DNA of 64,000 bases, from the IMG/VR virus record IMGVR_UViG_3300036832_000815; one strand, 5' to 3'. Source of the DNA: an uncultured virus (IMG/VR IMGVR_UViG_3300036832_000815). Taxonomy: Duplodnaviria > Heunggongvirae > Uroviricota > Caudoviricetes. Position numbers and translations under genes: made by a program. Positions within the stretch are counted from its first letter, which is position 1, and each line of letters starts with the position of its first letter. This document shows positions 40,801 through 48,843 of this stretch, one piece after another. The notes beneath the pieces were generated by a model that saw only the letters and a program-made list of their open reading frames with translations, ran no database searches and had not been told where the DNA came from.

Positions 40801-43539
40801 GGGCTCCAGGACTTCGTGGCTGCCTTTCGCAAGCAGGCCGATCAGCCCTACGCCGGAGGCCACACCTTCAAGTTCGTGAAGGCCAATCCCAGGGAGATGG
40901 GTGGTAGCTCCCTGCACGAACTGCGCGCCTATCCCGAAGACCAGCCTGACTACAACTCGGGGTCTATCCGCTGGAGCTACAAGAGCGGTGAGATCGCCGG
41001 GGTCGATGTGCAGCCCCAGTACCGTCGCCAGGGCTTGGCCACCGAGCTATTGGACCAGGCCCGCCAGGTGGCGGCCACCACCCGAGGGGTCACCGCCCCC
41101 CGGCATTCCGAGCAGCGCACCAACGAGGGCGAAGCCTGGGCGCGCTCGACCGGCGATAGATTGCCCCGGCGTTTGAACGGGCTGGGAGAGTTCGTGAGTG
41201 TCTTTGGGCAACCCCGGCTATTCGATCCCGGTAGTCTCGGTCATATGCATCTGCCCAATCCTCGGGGTGGACATGATTGGTTCCATGGCACGCCGCATCA
41301 CTTCGAGAGCTTCGGAGAGGAGCGCCCGGAGGAGGACGACCCTTACGGTGGCTATGACTTCGAGACCGGCGAGAAGTTCAAGCAGCCCCACTGGAACACC
41401 CACCTGGGCCAGCACTGGACCTCGCTGCGGGGTGTGGCCGAGCATTTCGCCAAAGGCCAATACGGTCAAGTCGGTGAAGGCAAGGGTCATGTCATCACCG
41501 CCCGCCTGGGCATACAGCACCCCAAGGACTACAAGCTCGAATCCGACATGGACAAAGAAGCCTTCGAGCATGCCTGGGACGGGCACGATCCTCATGATTA
41601 CCACGATGAGTTCTGCCATAACCCGGCCCATCGAGACGACCCCGACGGGGAATACCTCGATGACGAGCCCTACCACTACAACGACGAGCATGAGCGCGGC
41701 GACGAGGTGGACCGCCAGGTCAAGCAGCGCTACATCGACCGTGACCACCAGGGTGAATGGCTGAGCCAGCACCCCGACTCGGCCTCGATCGCGGAGAGCT
41801 TCAAGGACAAGCTGCGCGGCGAGGGCCATGACGGCATCACCTACGGCAACGAGCTAGAGGGGCCGCACGGCCACCAGTGCGCCATTACCTTCGATGACCA
41901 TCAGATCCACCACTCCCACCGCCAGTCCTTGGGCAAGCTGGCGGCCGAGGCTCAGGGCTACGACACCTACTATCACATCACCGATCAGCACCACTTCGCC
42001 CTGGACCCCGAGCATGCTCCCGCCGACAACGCCTTCGCCATCCAGGACCGCTCCCACTACCGGGGCCTGTACGTGACCAAGGACCCCGACACCTGGCGGG
42101 CGCAGGGCTACCATCGGCCTTACGTGGCCGAACTGCACGTCCCCCATGAGCTAGCCCGGCAGGAGCGCTGGCACGGGGAGAGCTTCATCCCGGCCGAACA
42201 CTTCGACAAGGTCAAGGTCAACCGGGTCATCCCCTTTGATGCTCACCAGCGTGAGAAGTGGGGTGAGCCCGGCACCATAGAGAGCTATCACGGCACGCAT
42301 TACCAGACCAATAAGCCGCTCAAGAAGAAGCCGGGCTGGGAGTCATCGGACTATTACGTCCAGGATGAGAAGGAGCCTGCCACCAAGGACGTGCGGGACT
42401 TTACTCCGAAGGAACACACCCGTCATCTCAAGCGGCTGCGTGAGTATCTGCACCACGTCCAGGGTTGGGGCTGGAACGAGTTCAATGAGAAGCATGAGCA
42501 TGTTGGCATAGGTGAGGACGAGCTAGACGAAGAGGGCATGCCCATCCGGCGGGATAAGAATGGCCAGCCCATGACCCGCGACCGCTATGCCAGCCTCGCT
42601 ATGACTGCCGAGGACGAGGAGTGGCGGGGCTTGCACCAGCCCTCCTCCGGTCCACCCATCCACAACCTGACCGAGCCTGAGAACGAGCATCATGATTGGA
42701 CCGCCCCCGACGACATCTACACCCACATGCACTACTACGGCGACGGCGAGGACGCCTGGGACCGGGAGAGCCAGTCGGCCATCAAGGCCGCCCACAAGGA
42801 TCGGGGCCTGCCGGGCACCCCGTTGCACCAGCAACTGACCGACAAGTACGGCCAGGACTACGCCGATCGCAAGAACGCCCGCCGCCAGAACGGCGATCAC
42901 CTGGTCACCATCTACCGGGCCGCCCCCAAGGGCCTCACCTCGATCGGCACCGGGGACTGGGTCAGCCCCTCGGGCAGCTACGCCCGCCAGCACGGGGTGC
43001 ATGCCACCGACCCCCACAAGGACTGGCCGGTCTATCGGGCCAAGGTCCCGGCCAAGCATGTGCGCTGGGCCGGGGACTCGCTCAACGAGTTTGGATATTA
43101 CGGCCCGCCGGTCAAGCCCACCCTGCACTACCGGGGCGGATCACAAGCTGAGAGATTAGCCTCAAACATAGGTGGATCCAAGACGGCCGCCGCGGAGTTC
43201 TCCCACCAGGAGCCGTTCGGGAACTTCATCCTGAAGTACCGCCATCCCGACGAGGATGTGCCCCGGCACCGCATCGTGGCCACTACCCCCACCGGCTACC
43301 CGGTCGGGCATCTGACCTGGCATCCCGAGACCCATGAGATCACCGGTCTCAACGTGGATGCCACCGAGCAGCGCAAGGGCCTCGCCAGAGCCATGTGGGA
43401 CCTGGGTCAGAAGATCGATCCCAAGCCGGTGCATTCCGCTGATCGCACCAAGGCCGGGGAAGCCTGGGCCAGGTCGGTGGGCGGACCTCGGCCCAAGCGC
43501 AAGCCGGTCCTGGACCCCTTCACCAAGCGGCCGGTATAA
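37786..43539 (+). CDS. ~1917-aa polyvalent protein: NUDIX, ParB-like, several ART-like, two GNAT-like domains
   Basis: GGAGG 5 nt before ATG 37786. Nudix box GHIDPGESPIEGGIREWKEELG; ParB-like GIKDPL...EGNHRRDAA; repeated YH/FH-x-T/S..GL modules; VQPQYRRQGLA and EQRKGLA. Confidence 0.82.
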   Translation: MVGVISPTGLQDFVAALGAKTDEISVAGLAVVARDTGRVLMLQRLLDGKDPAGGTWEFPGGHIDPGESPIEGGIREWKEELGCPLPPGKVGGSWTSKKIYQGFVYVVDREDMVEINDDHEDRHVLNPDDPDGDGIEVAAWWDPADLPDMPALRPECKTTDWSLFRPSAIKKVAKESLESWYQNVENYQGTVGNKGHITRNAQMLLPTHLVANMPGNVDERPGEHRTRQGQDWEDFKDDIATHGIKDPLFVTVQHGQQPRLSEGNHRRDAAVELGLKHVPAFVRYYGHAEQTSDLEDQARKWWTYNPQHLPKEAAYDLLGPGKGHYFEPEEEGSDWCAVCGHHQSVTRHPPKEGLRAFVAVNHQYLFHTSPPHNRESITEKGLLPHTPFAHDVNQPDLPHGVYLDSDEKMALDTGNDYGEDVWKADVTGLKTHVDPWWEGVTHRSNTSHYVEEAIPPHRLTLHRPAPSHHHEAGLAAFVAVNSSDEVPPPMGESPIPEGHVRLFHQTSVKQAESVRQHGLTMEHARDISGPRGIWASHGTRFYGEGDEHATVEFHVPYDELRDTAGGQSPHRGQPQEDWEKSTHHTLIIPRSIKPHEISAIHLPWHNRYHYFHDNGMTDEVKKGEFDNLADMKDYGPAIDKIKREGMRHLAMNAEDEVPPRLGTAPIPEDHVRLYHHTWSRNVPSIREHGLLAEMGQGDSGKGYGNEASAGVWAASQHPEPDPQSDRHVIEFHAHPRDIDVNGPSPGSDIHKWNQGDHNVLMRGSVKPENILAIHAPWHTAYHQINNDARDREDVKNGKLDWVHNDPSMKEVSKAVHKIQSEGKKTRNTEKPQQCKWCKQPATKSMLWAEGMAYIPTCDQHEAKTRDHIEDKENDEVVAVHQIKHGAKQPYIGKGWWLTPEGKRIGVYDHYETTPGMARQMIRPHMAESGQVRVRSFNNQLNVQTSRPFTDAQRQSLLLDADKHSRMFVDVLHPDTEESIHSESGGPEDADRLLARAHRAAIPKTAGLQDFVAAFRKQADQPYAGGHTFKFVKANPREMGGSSLHELRAYPEDQPDYNSGSIRWSYKSGEIAGVDVQPQYRRQGLATELLDQARQVAATTRGVTAPRHSEQRTNEGEAWARSTGDRLPRRLNGLGEFVSVFGQPRLFDPGSLGHMHLPNPRGGHDWFHGTPHHFESFGEERPEEDDPYGGYDFETGEKFKQPHWNTHLGQHWTSLRGVAEHFAKGQYGQVGEGKGHVITARLGIQHPKDYKLESDMDKEAFEHAWDGHDPHDYHDEFCHNPAHRDDPDGEYLDDEPYHYNDEHERGDEVDRQVKQRYIDRDHQGEWLSQHPDSASIAESFKDKLRGEGHDGITYGNELEGPHGHQCAITFDDHQIHHSHRQSLGKLAAEAQGYDTYYHITDQHHFALDPEHAPADNAFAIQDRSHYRGLYVTKDPDTWRAQGYHRPYVAELHVPHELARQERWHGESFIPAEHFDKVKVNRVIPFDAHQREKWGEPGTIESYHGTHYQTNKPLKKKPGWESSDYYVQDEKEPATKDVRDFTPKEHTRHLKRLREYLHHVQGWGWNEFNEKHEHVGIGEDELDEEGMPIRRDKNGQPMTRDRYASLAMTAEDEEWRGLHQPSSGPPIHNLTEPENEHHDWTAPDDIYTHMHYYGDGEDAWDRESQSAIKAAHKDRGLPGTPLHQQLTDKYGQDYADRKNARRQNGDHLVTIYRAAPKGLTSIGTGDWVSPSGSYARQHGVHATDPHKDWPVYRAKVPAKHVRWAGDSLNEFGYYGPPVKPTLHYRGGSQAERLASNIGGSKTAAAEFSHQEPFGNFILKYRHPDEDVPRHRIVATTPTGYPVGHLTWHPETHEITGLNVDATEQRKGLARAMWDLGQKIDPKPVHSADRTKAGEAWARSVGGPRPKRKPVLDPFTKRPV

Positions 43540-43546
43540 GCCCAAG

Positions 43547-43582
43547 CCTGTCCCTGACGCTCTGAGCGCCCCTAAGGGATGA
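43547..43582 (+). promoter_or_regulatory. Putative late promoter motif
   Basis: CCTGTC-N12-AGCGC-N3-TAAGGGATGA. Confidence 0.65.
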
Positions 43583-43583
43583 G

Positions 43584-45776
43584 ATGTCCTGGAGCGTGCT
43601 GGCCAAGGAGCAGACCACGGTGCCGCCCGAGGTGGACACCATGCGGGAGGAGATCTGCCCGGTCTGCGGCTCCGACGACAGCTACGTGGGCGACAAATGC
43701 TCGGTGTGCGGCTTCGAGAAGCCTCCCAGCCTGTTCATGGACCCCGACACCTCCCTGGCCCAGAACGTCAACCTGCGCCAGCAGGACCAGGAGGACGCCA
43801 ACGACGACGGCATGGGGGACCTGCAGTGCCCCGAGTGCGGGGAGACCTTCTCCAGTGCTGAGGCCCTGAACACCGCCGGGGATCCCCACCTGGCTCCGGC
43901 CGCGGAGACTATTCCGGCCGAGCAGGACCTGGAGGCTCCCACCGATGAGGAGATCCCTCCCGACGAGGAGGAGCCGGAGGGGCCGCTCGAAGCTCCAGAA
44001 GAGGATGAGGAGGCCCCAGCAGGCCCGGAGCCCGACGCTGAGAATCAGATGGCCCCAGGGCCGCCCGTCAGCGACCAGGAGGCTCCTGAGCCGCCTGAGG
44101 AGGCCGAGGAGGAAGAGGGGCTTCCGCCTGGCGCGGAGGCCGACGAGGAAGCGCCCGAAGAGGCCGAGGAGATCCCCGAGGGAGCCGAAGAAGGACAGGT
44201 CCCCGAGCAGGAACCCGAGGTCAGCCCGGAGCAGATGGCCGAACAGCAATACGAGACCGACCAGGCGGCCATGCAGCAGACCGGCTACGAGGAGGGCGAC
44301 ATCTGCCCCAACTGCGGCCAGGGCCTCCTGCAGGAAGTCGGCCCGGAAGGCCCGGTGGTGCCACCCGAGACCACCAGCCCCCGCACCGCCCCCGACTCCG
44401 GCAATGCCGGTGGGTCACCGTTCCCGCCCAGCGACGAGGACGAAGAAGACCAGGGTGACGGCGAAGAAGCACCCGGCGCAGAGGAGACCGAAGAGTCCGG
44501 TGGTCAGTCCGACATAGCCCCCGAAGACGAGGGTGAAGAGGACGAGGACCAGGAGCCAGACGATGAGGACGGGGATGAGGATGAGGACGAGGATGGCATC
44601 CCTCCCTGGGTCAAGAAATCAAGTTCACATGAACTACCAGCCATAGGAAGGAGCCCCAGTACCATGGCCAACCGCACCCGTAATGGTCGCGTCACGCCCC
44701 GACAGTCCCTGCCCAACCGTACCGCCAACACCGCCACCGAGCCCACGCCCCGTTCCTCGGTGCGTACCGCCCTGCACACCGCTCTCAACACCCAGGCCGG
44801 GGTGCTGCGCCAGATGACCGCCGCCTGCCAGCAGGAGCGCATCTTGCGCCTGGCCGCCGAGGCCCGCATCACCACCCTGGAGCGCCAGATGCTGCGCTTC
44901 GCCCAACTGGCCGGAGCCGACGCCGATGCTGAGCTTCGCCAACTCAACGAGGACGGCTACCGCGCCCACACCGCTCTCATGGCCCGCGCCGCCTCCCTGC
45001 ACACCGCCGATCAGCGCGACCCCGGCCAGCCGGTGCCCGAGCCCGCCCCGGCTCCTCCGGTGGTGACCGAGCAGGAGGCGGCCCAGCCCGCCGGGCGCGA
45101 TGACGTGACCCAACTGGGGGCCACCCCGGTGGCCGACGTGTCCGCCGATGCCACCCTGGCCGTGGACGAGCCCTACGGCACGGCCGCCTTCGAGCCCCTC
45201 AACCTGAACCAGGTGGACGTGACCGCCCCGGTCCAGAACACCCAGGGCCATCTGCCGCCCGAGCAGACCATCATCCCCGTCGAGGTGCGCGTCGGTGACC
45301 CCGACGATCCCCAGCCCGCTTTCGGCTGGACCATGGACGGTGGTAACCCGGCCGGTCAGACCGGGGGCTCGGTGGGCTCAGGAGGTCCGGGCGCGCCGGG
45401 CGTGCAGACCAACGCGGCCCGCACCGCGGCCCGCGTGGACGGCCAGGTCTCGCTGGGCGCGCTGCGCCTCGCTCGTCTACGGATGCAGGCGGGTATAGCT
45501 CCGGCCAATCAGGATGACCTGTCCATCGCCGCCGCCATCCAGGATAACCCGGCCTTGTCCACCGAGGCCGTCAATACCGAGATCCGCACCCTGACCCAGG
45601 TGCTGTCGGCCCAGCCGCAGGGACAAGTCCGCACGGCCGCCGCCAGCCGTCGCCTGGTGCCTCGCGCTGCGCCGGGCGTCGAGCCTCTGCCGTCCCTGGC
45701 CCCGAGCGGGGAAGGCCCCATCCGTTCCCACGCCTCTACCGGGCAAGTTACGGCCGATGAGATGCTATTCGAGTAG
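43584..45776 (+). CDS. Scaffold/prohead-core-like protein
   Basis: PPEVDTMREEICPVCG zinc ribbons, long acidic tract, coiled-coil; lies just before the capsid genes. Confidence 0.65.
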   Translation: MSWSVLAKEQTTVPPEVDTMREEICPVCGSDDSYVGDKCSVCGFEKPPSLFMDPDTSLAQNVNLRQQDQEDANDDGMGDLQCPECGETFSSAEALNTAGDPHLAPAAETIPAEQDLEAPTDEEIPPDEEEPEGPLEAPEEDEEAPAGPEPDAENQMAPGPPVSDQEAPEPPEEAEEEEGLPPGAEADEEAPEEAEEIPEGAEEGQVPEQEPEVSPEQMAEQQYETDQAAMQQTGYEEGDICPNCGQGLLQEVGPEGPVVPPETTSPRTAPDSGNAGGSPFPPSDEDEEDQGDGEEAPGAEETEESGGQSDIAPEDEGEEDEDQEPDDEDGDEDEDEDGIPPWVKKSSSHELPAIGRSPSTMANRTRNGRVTPRQSLPNRTANTATEPTPRSSVRTALHTALNTQAGVLRQMTAACQQERILRLAAEARITTLERQMLRFAQLAGADADAELRQLNEDGYRAHTALMARAASLHTADQRDPGQPVPEPAPAPPVVTEQEAAQPAGRDDVTQLGATPVADVSADATLAVDEPYGTAAFEPLNLNQVDVTAPVQNTQGHLPPEQTIIPVEVRVGDPDDPQPAFGWTMDGGNPAGQTGGSVGSGGPGAPGVQTNAARTAARVDGQVSLGALRLARLRMQAGIAPANQDDLSIAAAIQDNPALSTEAVNTEIRTLTQVLSAQPQGQVRTAAASRRLVPRAAPGVEPLPSLAPSGEGPIRSHASTGQVTADEMLFE

Positions 45777-45781
45777 TCCTT

Positions 45782-46000
45782 GGGGTTTGTCTACGAACTG
45801 GACCTGTAGATAATCGACAGTTTCAGGCAGCATTAGGAGAAACATGCGTAGTTCGCTACGGCGTATACGCACGGTAATAAGTGCTGGTTGATCAGGATTC
45901 GGTAGCTCAGGATCAGGACCAGTAACAGGCGGCAGCGAAGTCATATTGCGATTGTATTTACCCAGGAACTCCGGTCCTTTGATCGGGGTTCCTGTCTGTC
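45782..46000 (+). ncRNA. Possible structured non-coding RNA
   Basis: Lower-GC gap with no substantial ORF and several hairpins, ending in a 14-bp stem at 45963-45994. Confidence 0.4.
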
Positions 46001-46013
46001 CGGGAGGTCTCAG

Positions 46014-46049
46014 CCTGTCCTGGAAACCCTCAGAGCTACGAAGTGGTGA
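46014..46049 (+). promoter_or_regulatory. Putative late promoter motif
   Basis: CCTGTC-N12-AGAGC-N3-GAAGTGGTGA. Confidence 0.7.
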
Positions 46050-46076
46050 AAGCCACTCACAGGAGGCTGATCGCCC

Positions 46077-46712
46077 GTGATTCGTGTCCCCATCTCTCGG
46101 TCGTACATCAAGCGCACGATCCGGGTCAACTACGGTTGGACCCAGGCCACACCCAAGAGTGGCTTCCTGGATCCCAACTGGAACCGCTCCGTGCCCATCT
46201 GGCCCGGCATGGTCTTTATGAAGACCCTGGGCGCGTCCGGTTACACCAGCCCCTATCAGAGCTATGGAGCCACTTCAGGTGGTCCCAACTACACCCTCAT
46301 CAACGCCACCGGGGTACCGGCCGGGTTCGTCGGCAACTACATCGGCGGCGAGGGCATCGATGAACTTCTCGATGTCGGCCTGTCCGCGCTGGCCATCTGG
46401 GTCCTCGACCCCGACGCCGAGTTCGAGATCCTGGCCCCGGCCTTCGACGCCAACCTGTCCTGGTCCGAACTGGGCAACGGCACCGACACCCTGGTCTACG
46501 CCCGCACCGCCAACCTGGCCGGAGCGGTGGGCCTCAACGGCCTCGGTGGGGCCATCGCCTCAGGCTCCTACACCGGCACCTACGGCCTGCAGGGTCAGCT
46601 TGTCCTGGCTTCGGATGCCAACAAGTCCACCCAGCCGGTGGCTCGTCTCATCGCCGTCAACTCCAACCTGTCCATCACCATCGGCGGCCTGGCCGTCCGC
46701 TCGGGCTTCTGA
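46077..46712 (+). CDS. Capsid decoration protein (Bxz1-like)
   Basis: AGGAGG SD; KRTIR..Y..TQATP..GFLDP.W...I.PGMV; directly upstream of MCP. Confidence 0.7.
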   Translation: MIRVPISRSYIKRTIRVNYGWTQATPKSGFLDPNWNRSVPIWPGMVFMKTLGASGYTSPYQSYGATSGGPNYTLINATGVPAGFVGNYIGGEGIDELLDVGLSALAIWVLDPDAEFEILAPAFDANLSWSELGNGTDTLVYARTANLAGAVGLNGLGGAIASGSYTGTYGLQGQLVLASDANKSTQPVARLIAVNSNLSITIGGLAVRSGF

Positions 46713-46755
46713 TCCCGCTTCGCTTCAGTCCTCGTCTCACAAGGAGCAAATCGAC

Positions 46756-47748
46756 ATGACTCTGGTTGCCAACGTTGCGGGGCTAGCTCCAAAGCGGGCC
46801 AAGAAGTCCGACGACTACGTCGCTGAGATCCTCAAGCGGCGCGGCGGGGATGGCAACGTCCCGTCGCTGACCCATGAGGCCAAGGTCCGCAAGCTGAGTC
46901 TGATCCTCCAGGACGAGATCAACGGCATTCGCCGTCTGGGCGTGGGCATGGTCGGACCCATCCAGCTAAAGCTGCGCTACCAGGGCATCGTCCGCAACGT
47001 GCTGATCGAGGACCCGGTCACCCCCGGCACCCCGGTCGAGTACGACGTGTGGGACGACCTGGGCCAGGCGTACCTCATGTCCGGCACCGAAGGCGAGGTC
47101 CGGGTCACCCCCTTCGAAGGCAAGCGCCTGCCCATCCGGTTCTGGCGTATCGCCTCCCGTCCGGCCATCCGCAAGGAGGACCTGTTCTACCTCCGCATCA
47201 ACGCCGTGGAGCAGGCCCAGGACGAGACCAAGCAGGCCATCATGAAGCAGGAGGACTCCCGCCTCCTGGTCATCATCCAGGCCGCCCTGACCGACTACGC
47301 CTCCCGGCCCGACCATGTGGTCACCCCCAACCACACCGTCTACGAGGCCAGCGGCTACTTCACCCCGCAGTCCATGTACACGGCGGTGGCCCAGTCGGAC
47401 ATGCACGAACTCCCGGCCGGGCGCATGCTGGTCAACCCCTTCGACTACCGGGACTTCTTCCGCTGGGACATCAACACCACCGGCTGGGCCTTCAAGGACC
47501 GGGTGGTGGCCGGGGAGCAGATCCAGACCTTCGGGGAGTTCAACTTCCAGCGCTCCATCATGGTGCCCCAGGGCCAGATGTTCCTGCTGCCCAACCCGGA
47601 CTTCCTGGGCGTCTTCCCGGTGCTGTACTCCCTCGATGTGGAGGAGAACCACAACGTCGAGGCGTTCTGGAAGGGCTGGGTCTTCGATGAGATGGTCTCC
47701 ATGGCCATCCTCAACCCCAGGGGCATTACCACCGTCCTCAAGGGCTAG
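46756..47748 (+). CDS. Major capsid protein (Bxz1/cluster C-like)
   Basis: AAGGAG SD; GPIQLKLRYQGIVRNVL...PFEGKR...RWDINTTGWAFKD...GVFPVLYSLDVEE...ILNPRG match the recalled Bxz1 MCP. Confidence 0.9.
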   Translation: MTLVANVAGLAPKRAKKSDDYVAEILKRRGGDGNVPSLTHEAKVRKLSLILQDEINGIRRLGVGMVGPIQLKLRYQGIVRNVLIEDPVTPGTPVEYDVWDDLGQAYLMSGTEGEVRVTPFEGKRLPIRFWRIASRPAIRKEDLFYLRINAVEQAQDETKQAIMKQEDSRLLVIIQAALTDYASRPDHVVTPNHTVYEASGYFTPQSMYTAVAQSDMHELPAGRMLVNPFDYRDFFRWDINTTGWAFKDRVVAGEQIQTFGEFNFQRSIMVPQGQMFLLPNPDFLGVFPVLYSLDVEENHNVEAFWKGWVFDEMVSMAILNPRGITTVLKG

Positions 47749-47775
47749 TCGCCCGGCCCCCGAGGGGGCGCGCTG

Positions 47776-48015
47776 ATGGCTGACCGGGCAGTCGAACGCG
47801 ACGAGGAGCCGCTGGAGCCCACCTGGTACCGCACCGGCTTCCCCATGATCCGGCGCGTGGTCATCTTCCTGCTGGGGGTGGCCGTCATGATCGACGCCCT
47901 GTGGGACCGTCAATACGTGGTCCCGGAGTTGATCGTGGGCATGATCATGGTCGGTGTACTTCCGATCGATGAAGTCCTAAAGTCCATGATGGCCAGACGA
48001 CGTAAGGGTGGCTGA
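47776..48015 (+). CDS. Two-TM membrane protein, holin candidate
   Basis: Two hydrophobic segments and a basic C-terminus. Confidence 0.5.
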   Translation: MADRAVERDEEPLEPTWYRTGFPMIRRVVIFLLGVAVMIDALWDRQYVVPELIVGMIMVGVLPIDEVLKSMMARRRKGG

Positions 48016-48250
48016 CGGCACCGCGATCGCCGCCGTGCTGACCGGCACCGCCGCCGTATTGACGGCCTGGGCCGCGGTCAAACGAGCCAAATCCCACGGT
48101 ACTGAGGAATGCGAGGAGAACCTGGCTGAAGCCCGGAAGGAAGCTGAAGCTCAGGCTGTCGAGGTACATCGGCTTCGAATGGCGCATCCAGAGGACTATA
48201 AGGAGCCGGATCACAAAGAAGAAATAGAAGATGAGGACCAGGACAAATAG
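48008..48250 (+). CDS. TM plus coiled-coil protein
   Basis: Hydrophobic N-terminus then charged heptads. Confidence 0.55.
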   Translation: MADGTAIAAVLTGTAAVLTAWAAVKRAKSHGTEECEENLAEARKEAEAQAVEVHRLRMAHPEDYKEPDHKEEIEDEDQDK

Positions 48251-48830
48251 AGGAGCCATCTCCTCGAATATGCTCCTGATCTTATCGGTACTCTTTATTG
48301 TCTTGGCCGTGATATTCGCCTTGTTGACCGGTCATAAGAGAGGGGTACAAGGCCATCCTGGATCGCCGGGTACACCAGGTCCACCAGGATCTACCGGGCC
48401 AGCCGGGCCGCCGGGCAGTACCGGGCCTGCGGGGCCAGCCGGGATGACCGCCACCACCCTGATCACCCAGGGCGGGCGCATCGTTGCCGTCACTGTTCCC
48501 GGCGCAGCCGGATCAGTAGGTAGCTCAGGAGTGCCAGGAGCGACAGGACAAACAGGAGCCCGAGGAGCGGGTGGAGCAGCAGGAGTAGCAGGCAATACTG
48601 GAGCCACGGGGGCACCAGGTGTCCCAGGCCCGCCTGGCCCAGCAGGGCAGCGCGGTGCCACGGGTAGTCCGGGATCATCAGGTCAGCGCGGAGCCACCGG
48701 GCCGCCAGGACCACGGGGGCCGCCGGGAGTGGCCGGGACGTTCGCCTGTCCATCCGGGTCCAAGCTGGAAGAGATCACCTTAAATGGCAAGGGTGGACAG
48801 ACCAACCTCTGGGCATGTGTGATCGGATGA
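48231..48830 (+). CDS. Membrane-anchored collagen-like protein
   Basis: TM helix then two Gly-X-Y runs. Confidence 0.8.
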   Translation: MRTRTNRGAISSNMLLILSVLFIVLAVIFALLTGHKRGVQGHPGSPGTPGPPGSTGPAGPPGSTGPAGPAGMTATTLITQGGRIVAVTVPGAAGSVGSSGVPGATGQTGARGAGGAAGVAGNTGATGAPGVPGPPGPAGQRGATGSPGSSGQRGATGPPGPRGPPGVAGTFACPSGSKLEEITLNGKGGQTNLWACVIG

Positions 48831-48843
48831 TCTACACTCAATC

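Noticed and set aside
45782..46032. tmRNA (GGGG start, ATCGAC, AATAAGT-GCT resume-like context)
   Set aside because: No T-arm or CCA-type 3' end, too short, and the tag frame stops after two codons.
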